Assembly: GCF_001186125.1 (NCBI RefSeq)
Contig: NW_014040441.1
Span: 1-45,901, forward strand
Reading direction: 5' to 3'
Source: Sphaeroforma arctica JP610
Lineage: Eukaryota
Length of the DNA: 45,901 nucleotides
The notes beneath the pieces are model-generated. The model made no database searches. It was not told the DNA's origin and saw nothing but the letters and a program-made list of their open reading frames with translations. This document shows positions 40,235 through 45,901 of this stretch, piece after piece. Within the stretch, counting starts at the first letter, position 1, and every line of letters begins with the position of its first letter. A program made the position numbers and the translations under genes.

Positions 40235-42197
40235 CGTGTATTTAGATTCGGTTATTTTGAAGACCGGTGCGACTATGCATCTATGTGTTTACCACTACTG
40301 CTAATTAATTTTCTAGTGGGAAGAACTGCCTACACTGTAGAGTGCACTAACACAGTACAAGGCTATACCTGTAGTCGACTTTTAAAAAAACAGTACAAGA
40401 CAAGCCAAGAAGTGATGTCACAGCCACTTTACACACGACATATAAGACGATCCAAGTATGTAGAGCTGTCCTCATAGATTAAGTATTTTTAGGTTTTAAA
40501 AAATGAATATAAAAAATAAATAAACAAACCCGCGGCCCGCCTAACCTTTGCAAGAATCTAAACATGGTATATTTTTGACAGATATTCAAAATCGATGACA
40601 GCTTTCAGAATTGCAAAAAGTAGGGACTGGTATTTATTATTTACAGACGGGAAAAGAAAAAAAGAAATTGTGTTTTTTAACACTTATTTTTATTTATTAC
40701 CAGCAGCAGGCCATCCCGCAATATATATAAAACCAATACACATTTGCCACCATTAAGTTGTACTTTCTTCATTCATCATTGAACTTCTTGGGTGATGTGT
40801 GTAAAATATAGTGCAAATAAATACTTACAACAGAAGTAGATTGACATCATGTGTAGCCCTATTACAGAAGGATGCTATTCATGCATATACCATAGCATCA
40901 AGAGCCTATGCATATCATTCGCCTTTTATTATAAGAAATGTCAGTATAAATAGGTCATGCTCGTCATATAGAAAATATTCAAAGTTTGATCCATAAATAT
41001 TTCAATAAAGCAATAGCGATTTCTCCTGATTTATGTGCAGCTAAAATATGGTCGGATCACGCTAGAAGCAAACAGTAATCATCAGTAAGTCATTGCTAAA
41101 TTACTAGGTTAAAATGAAGGATAAAATTCAAGTGTCATCGACAAATTCACACCTCTACAATTCTCTTATAGTATTTGAAATTTTGGTCTCTGTTATAAGG
41201 GACGAAACATTCAGAATCCAAGATAGAGCAGAAATCGAATTGTGTCAATTTCTATCAAGGAACGGTGTTTTTTTTTGGCAGTGAGTACTTCAGAAATCGA
41301 TAGGAAATCATATTGTACATCCAATATAAATTTCTATAGTAAATTCTGCATGCGTGCTTGCTGTGCTTAAGATAGAATAACGTGGTTCTCAATTTTATAT
41401 AGCGAACACGCTACTTGATTGTATGTATCGTGATACTTAAGTTTCATATACAAACGAGTTATTTAAACAACAGGCATATCACTTTGGGTGAAAAATAAAT
41501 TGCGAGGCAGGTATCCAAACTTAGCGTTTCCCTCTAACTAAAATTTTAAATTGCAATATTAAAATACTATTTACATATCATTCCATCGCAATTACTGCAA
41601 ACATGAATGTGCAAATTTCACATCTCTTCATAACACTAAAATACCATAATATCATAAATAATATTATACGATATACACATACTGAACCGAGAGAACTCCA
41701 CCATGAGACATAACATATCGCTCTTATGATGAGGATGACGGTAAAATTGAACTATTTTCAAGTTTCACCGTCGCCTTGTCAGCCAATCTGTATTTGGGCT
41801 ATTCCCCAGTTGTGCGAAGAATTTTAAAATGGTTTTCTGGATTGCGAAAAACAACGCAAATTCTGGCGTCGCAAACTAGTGTATGATAGTCGACACCCTC
41901 GAAACTCTGTGACCACTGGGGTGAAAAGGGTATCATATCATCAATACACGACAACTTCATACCTATACAATTCTGTTGTAAATTGTTTTTAATATAATAC
42001 GTAGCAGTTCTTCTGTTGTTATTATTACATTCTACACGACAAGAGTATTTCGTTTCTAAAATAGTAATATTAGATTGGCGTCGTTGCATAGAGAGATGGG
42101 ACTATAGTTGTGCATATAAAACTAGACCACAGCTGCACATACTAGCGTAGGACTTCTATCACACAGTGACACACACACATAAACAACACACAACACA

Positions 42198-43488
42198 ATG
42201 GAAGACGCCAAGGCAACCCTAGCCAAGCAATTGGAGCGAAGACCTTCTAAGGAGGATCTGACCAACCGAAACATCATTCCAGGTACACATCACTAGGGGG
42301 GCTTAACGACTATAAATCGATCTCAACTCCCACTATTTGGGTGCTCAATAGGATGCGTTTCCATGCGTCGAAAATGTCGCGCTACTTCAGGAAGGGCCAA
42401 TCCAAGAGTTAAGCTGGCTGTACAGCTGGATTCTGAGGATGGCACGCTCGGTCTAGGCTGTTTATGTTTATGTTTGAATCACTTGAATCACTGTTTGCTA
42501 AATTGGTGTATACCTTGCATGTATGTATCTCTCATATCTCGTTGATACTTAATAGCTCATAGCTCAGTATAAGTCAGAAAACCCCAATGACATTACTTAT
42601 TTCTGACTCTAGTACTATCAGCTCTCTGTTTAGATATTCTTGGTTGCTCTGTCTGATGGTCGTCCTTGCTTTCTTCTTCCATATGATCTTGGTTATCAGA
42701 TCAATCTTCTTCCACAAGAACTAAGTTTAATCTTCTTCCACAAGTTCCTTCGTTTGTCATCAATTTATTTATTATGCAAGTTTATTCATTCGTTACATAA
42801 TTTCCCAGGTGGCGCTAAGGATCCTATCGTAGCTGCCAAGGCCCATGAACTGGAGCGCGCAAAGGCCGCCGATACTCTGAAGAAGAACTTGGAGAAGCGA
42901 TCCGACAAGGAGCAGCTAGAAAATGCTGGCATCATCAAGGGTATGTTAGTTTTGTTTGTTCATCAAGTGAGTGCCTAAACAAGAAGATAAGGTATCATCA
43001 AGGAATGTTAGTATAGTAGCGTGGATCTGATAGTGTATCTGCACTGGCGTGTGTAGGGTCTATATATGATTTTTTGTGTTAATCGGCCGTAGGAATATTA
43101 GTTTTTTTTTGACGTTCCTATTAACCGCCCGGATTATCATTCTAGCACAAGCTGGAGTTGTGTGGCATACCCACCATTGTCTATAATATGGAAATCCATC
43201 CCTGCCGCGACATGAATTAATTTATAGATTGAATTGCTCGCTAATTTCTGTAAAGGGCTTCTACGTTTTTATGTAGACTTGGGTATTCCGCTCCAGTTGT
43301 CTGTACATTTATAGTAACTATTCCTCGAGCGATTGCTAAATCAAGTCAATTTGTTTATATATGCAGGTGCCAATGTTGCCCCAGCCCTTGCCGAGGCTGC
43401 TGTAGCTTTGGAGCCCAAGTTGGCGCAAGCTCAGCTGAAGAACAAGCTCAAGGAGGATGCTGACCACGCTGTCCAAGGAAGCACATAA
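42198..43488 (+). CDS. Small RPEL-repeat (G-actin-binding) protein, ~112 aa
   Basis: Exons 42198-42282, 42809-42940 and 43367-43488 give MEDAKATLAKQLERRPSKEDLTNRNIIPGGAKDPIVAAKAHELERAKAADTLKKNLEKRSDKEQLENAGIIKGANVAPALAEAAVALEPKLAQAQLKNKLKEDADHAVQGST*. It has L..+L..RP..EEL..+NI RPEL motifs: one canonical, one degenerate and one truncated. Confidence 0.85.
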
Positions 43489-43620
43489 TTTCTAACGAGT
43501 TTTATCTCATCACAGCCTTATTTGGCGAGAAATTAAGTGCTGCAACCTACAGGGGCGATGTGCACAAAGCTTGTAGCAGTGTGCATCCACTGACCGGGGT
43601 ACCCAGGGGTTTAACGTATC

Positions 43621-43626
43621 AATAAA
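43621..43626 (+). terminator. Candidate polyadenylation signal of the RPEL gene
   Basis: AATAAA lies ~130 nt after the stop codon. Confidence 0.4.
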
Positions 43627-44295
43627 ATGGCCTCTATAATATTGATGTCGTGTACAGATGTACAAATACTACCTTGCCGGTGATAACACGATTGAAACTA
43701 CATATGGCAAACACTTCAAATTGTCGTGTTTTGGGCCTTGTGTGCGGCAAATTAAATCTGGTTATGACTGTAGTTCATAGGTATCAGGGACATCACCAGA
43801 CGAATATGAAATTGTCGAATCGATATACGATGTAGCTGATAATGTGAATCACGGACTATGCAGGGTCCAAAGTTTGAGAGAGTACACATTTATGCTGAGT
43901 GTGTTGATGTGCATACACCCGCACTCGTAAGTGGAGGCGGTAGCAGCACGATATTACAAGGTCAAACAGGCAGCTTGAACAGACAGCTTATGTTATTATG
44001 GACACATACATACGTGTATAGTTAGATATCCGCATAGAACCGTAGAGTATATATACTGCACCCTCGTATGCAATACATCAAGATGGGCTGCAGCTGACGA
44101 AACCAGTTCGCTGACGAAGTCAGTTCAATCGCTGAAAATCGGAAGTCAGAATAATTCGCTGTATTGGTGTGTACCTTAAGTGTATTCTGGCACCATCGGT
44201 TCCTCTTGGAAAACCAATGTTTCAAATGTATTTCATTTAAATTTGTGTGCATTTCAAAAGGACTGCTCATCCTTTATTTAGAAGACTTGCAGTAT

Positions 44296-44802
44296 CTAGT
44301 GTACCTTTCTGAATGTATTACTCTCTTCTTCCCCACGTTCAAACCAAACAGTGAAAGTGATACCTTTTAAACCATTCCCACCCACAGCAACCCATTTCAA
44401 ATAGGGATCAACATATACTGCATGCACTTGGTTTTGCGCGTATCCCAGGGCGGGAGCCTCCTGTTCAGGTGGCACTTGTTCATCGTCCACATCCAGTTCC
44501 ACGAATGCGAGTTCATTTCCTGTACTGAATGAACCAATGAGGGTCTCAGTGCCACTCGTACCATCGTCTGTGAACCAACTACCGTTGCCGGTAATGTGGG
44601 TGCCATGTTGTACAAGGTCTATTTCGTGTGTTTCAATGTACTCAGCGACCTCTCGAGTTTTGATATTGATTACTGTGAGGGTATAGGGCTCTGCGGATAC
44701 CCATTTTCCGGTAAGATTGGGATGGTTTTCCTTAGGTAGATTGTCGGAAAGGCACAAGTGAGTCAGATAGAAGCATATTGCAAGCGCTACACGGAGTAAC
44801 CT
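44296..44802 (-). CDS. Orphan secreted beta-rich protein (or pseudogene); no in-frame ATG
   Basis: Open frame of ~168 codons: RLLRVALAICFYLTHLCLSDNLPKENHPNLTGKWVS...IDLVQHGTHITGNGSWF...ETLIGSF...LAFVEL...ITFTVWFER. It has a signal-peptide-like start and an NLTGKW motif. An in-frame TAG lies directly upstream at 44805-44803. Confidence 0.5.
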   Translation of the reverse strand, partial: RLLRVALAICFYLTHLCLSDNLPKENHPNLTGKWVSAEPYTLTVINIKTREVAEYIETHEIDLVQHGTHITGNGSWFTDDGTSGTETLIGSFSTGNELAFVELDVDDEQVPPEQEAPALGYAQNQVHAVYVDPYLKWVAVGGNGLKGITFTVWFERGEEESNTFRKVH

Positions 44803-45183
44803 CTACTTAATGTGTTGTTTAAATATAGTAATAGCCTCTACTAGTAGACTATGACCTGCACTTTTTGTAAAATAGTAAAATATTTGTAATATTATATTTA
44901 CATCCTGTTTTGGTACATAGTCTCCTAAAAAATAACACGGAGGCTATGGTTGGTAGGTTGGTACCATGTATTTATTTATTTTGATTTTAGATTTTTTACA
45001 AGAGACCTAATAAAAGCAATAAATACTTAAAATTATTTATAAAATATTTAGCACTGGAATTCTGGTACATAGTCTGCTAAAACATCCTCGTTTGGAAACA
45101 ACCTTCTTTTGAAATAAATATAGCGGGAAAATCTATTTACAGAACACTTATTAACCACCCAAGCAAAACTGATAAATTTGTAA

Positions 45184-45288
45184 CCAATCAAAATATACTC
45201 TTATAAAACCAACATGAAACCAATGATGATTGGCGAATAGTGATTGGTCAGAAAACACTCGTGTTGAAAACAACTGACTTCGCCAATC
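45184..45288. promoter_or_regulatory. Cluster of CCAAT/ATTGG boxes
   Basis: Five CCAAT or ATTGG motifs fall within ~105 bp. Confidence 0.3.
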
Positions 45289-45831
45289 GTCTGACCGTCA
45301 CACTGACTGAAGAGCTGCTGGGGCCCAGTGGTACTGGCCTCACTCAGCGGGCAAGTTGGACTGTTGGGCCCCCCGGTTATATATTTCTGATGCTTTTATT
45401 TATATTTGTTTTTGTAAAAAACCAAGAATACACAAATGTACGTACATAGTCGTCATGGGGAAGTTGTGAACAAGGGATGGAGGCAGGAAGCTTGGAAGTT
45501 GAAGTCAGGATTCTCAGGAACCAGCAAGCGTGAATCCGTTCAACGAAGGTCCTGGTATAACAGAACGTATATTTACACAGCGTCTATGCATTTACGACCA
45601 CATATTACTTCATGCGCGGGGGTGAATCTCATACCTATAAATATAATCAACCACTCAGGTAGACAAAGATAGAAGACAGTACAGTCATTAGGCGCAGCTA
45701 TACGTGTAGCATGCCAAGTAAGTACCTTCTAAAGTGTTTGTGAGGCCAGGTATATATATGGTAGTTTGCATAATGAAGTGAAAACATAGTACTACAATAT
45801 TATATATATATATATATATATATACCCTATA

Positions 45832-45864
<33 letters not shown>

Positions 45865-45901
45865 CCCCGTACCATATATATATATATATATATATATATA
45901 T

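Overview
This is intron-rich eukaryotic genomic DNA with GT-AG introns, (TA)n microsatellites and assembly N-gaps. The gene content (ILV3, eIF3L, IF1, a MYPT/PPP1R27-like ankyrin protein, an RPEL protein) suggests a unicellular opisthokont, possibly an ichthyosporean; that assignment is inference. I spliced seven genes by hand, with consistent exon phases: a PP1-docking ankyrin protein (+, 5' end uncertain), the mitochondrial ATP synthase inhibitor IF1 (-), a small secreted cysteine-rich protein (+), dihydroxy-acid dehydratase ILV3 (-, 12 exons), eIF3L (+, 9 exons, head-to-head with ILV3), a bacterial-type short acyl-CoA dehydrogenase-like protein (-, 9 exons) and a small RPEL-repeat protein (+). 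There are also two orphan ORFs, a 754-bp Mutator-like non-autonomous element with a perfect 9-bp TSD, and many tandem repeats, mostly intronic. Two things stand out. First, degenerate 'echo' copies of exon ends, usually including the splice site, recur in neighbouring introns of five different genes. Second, the acyl-CoA dehydrogenase-like gene looks like an intron-acquired horizontal transfer from bacteria. I found no CRISPR array, rRNA or tRNA.
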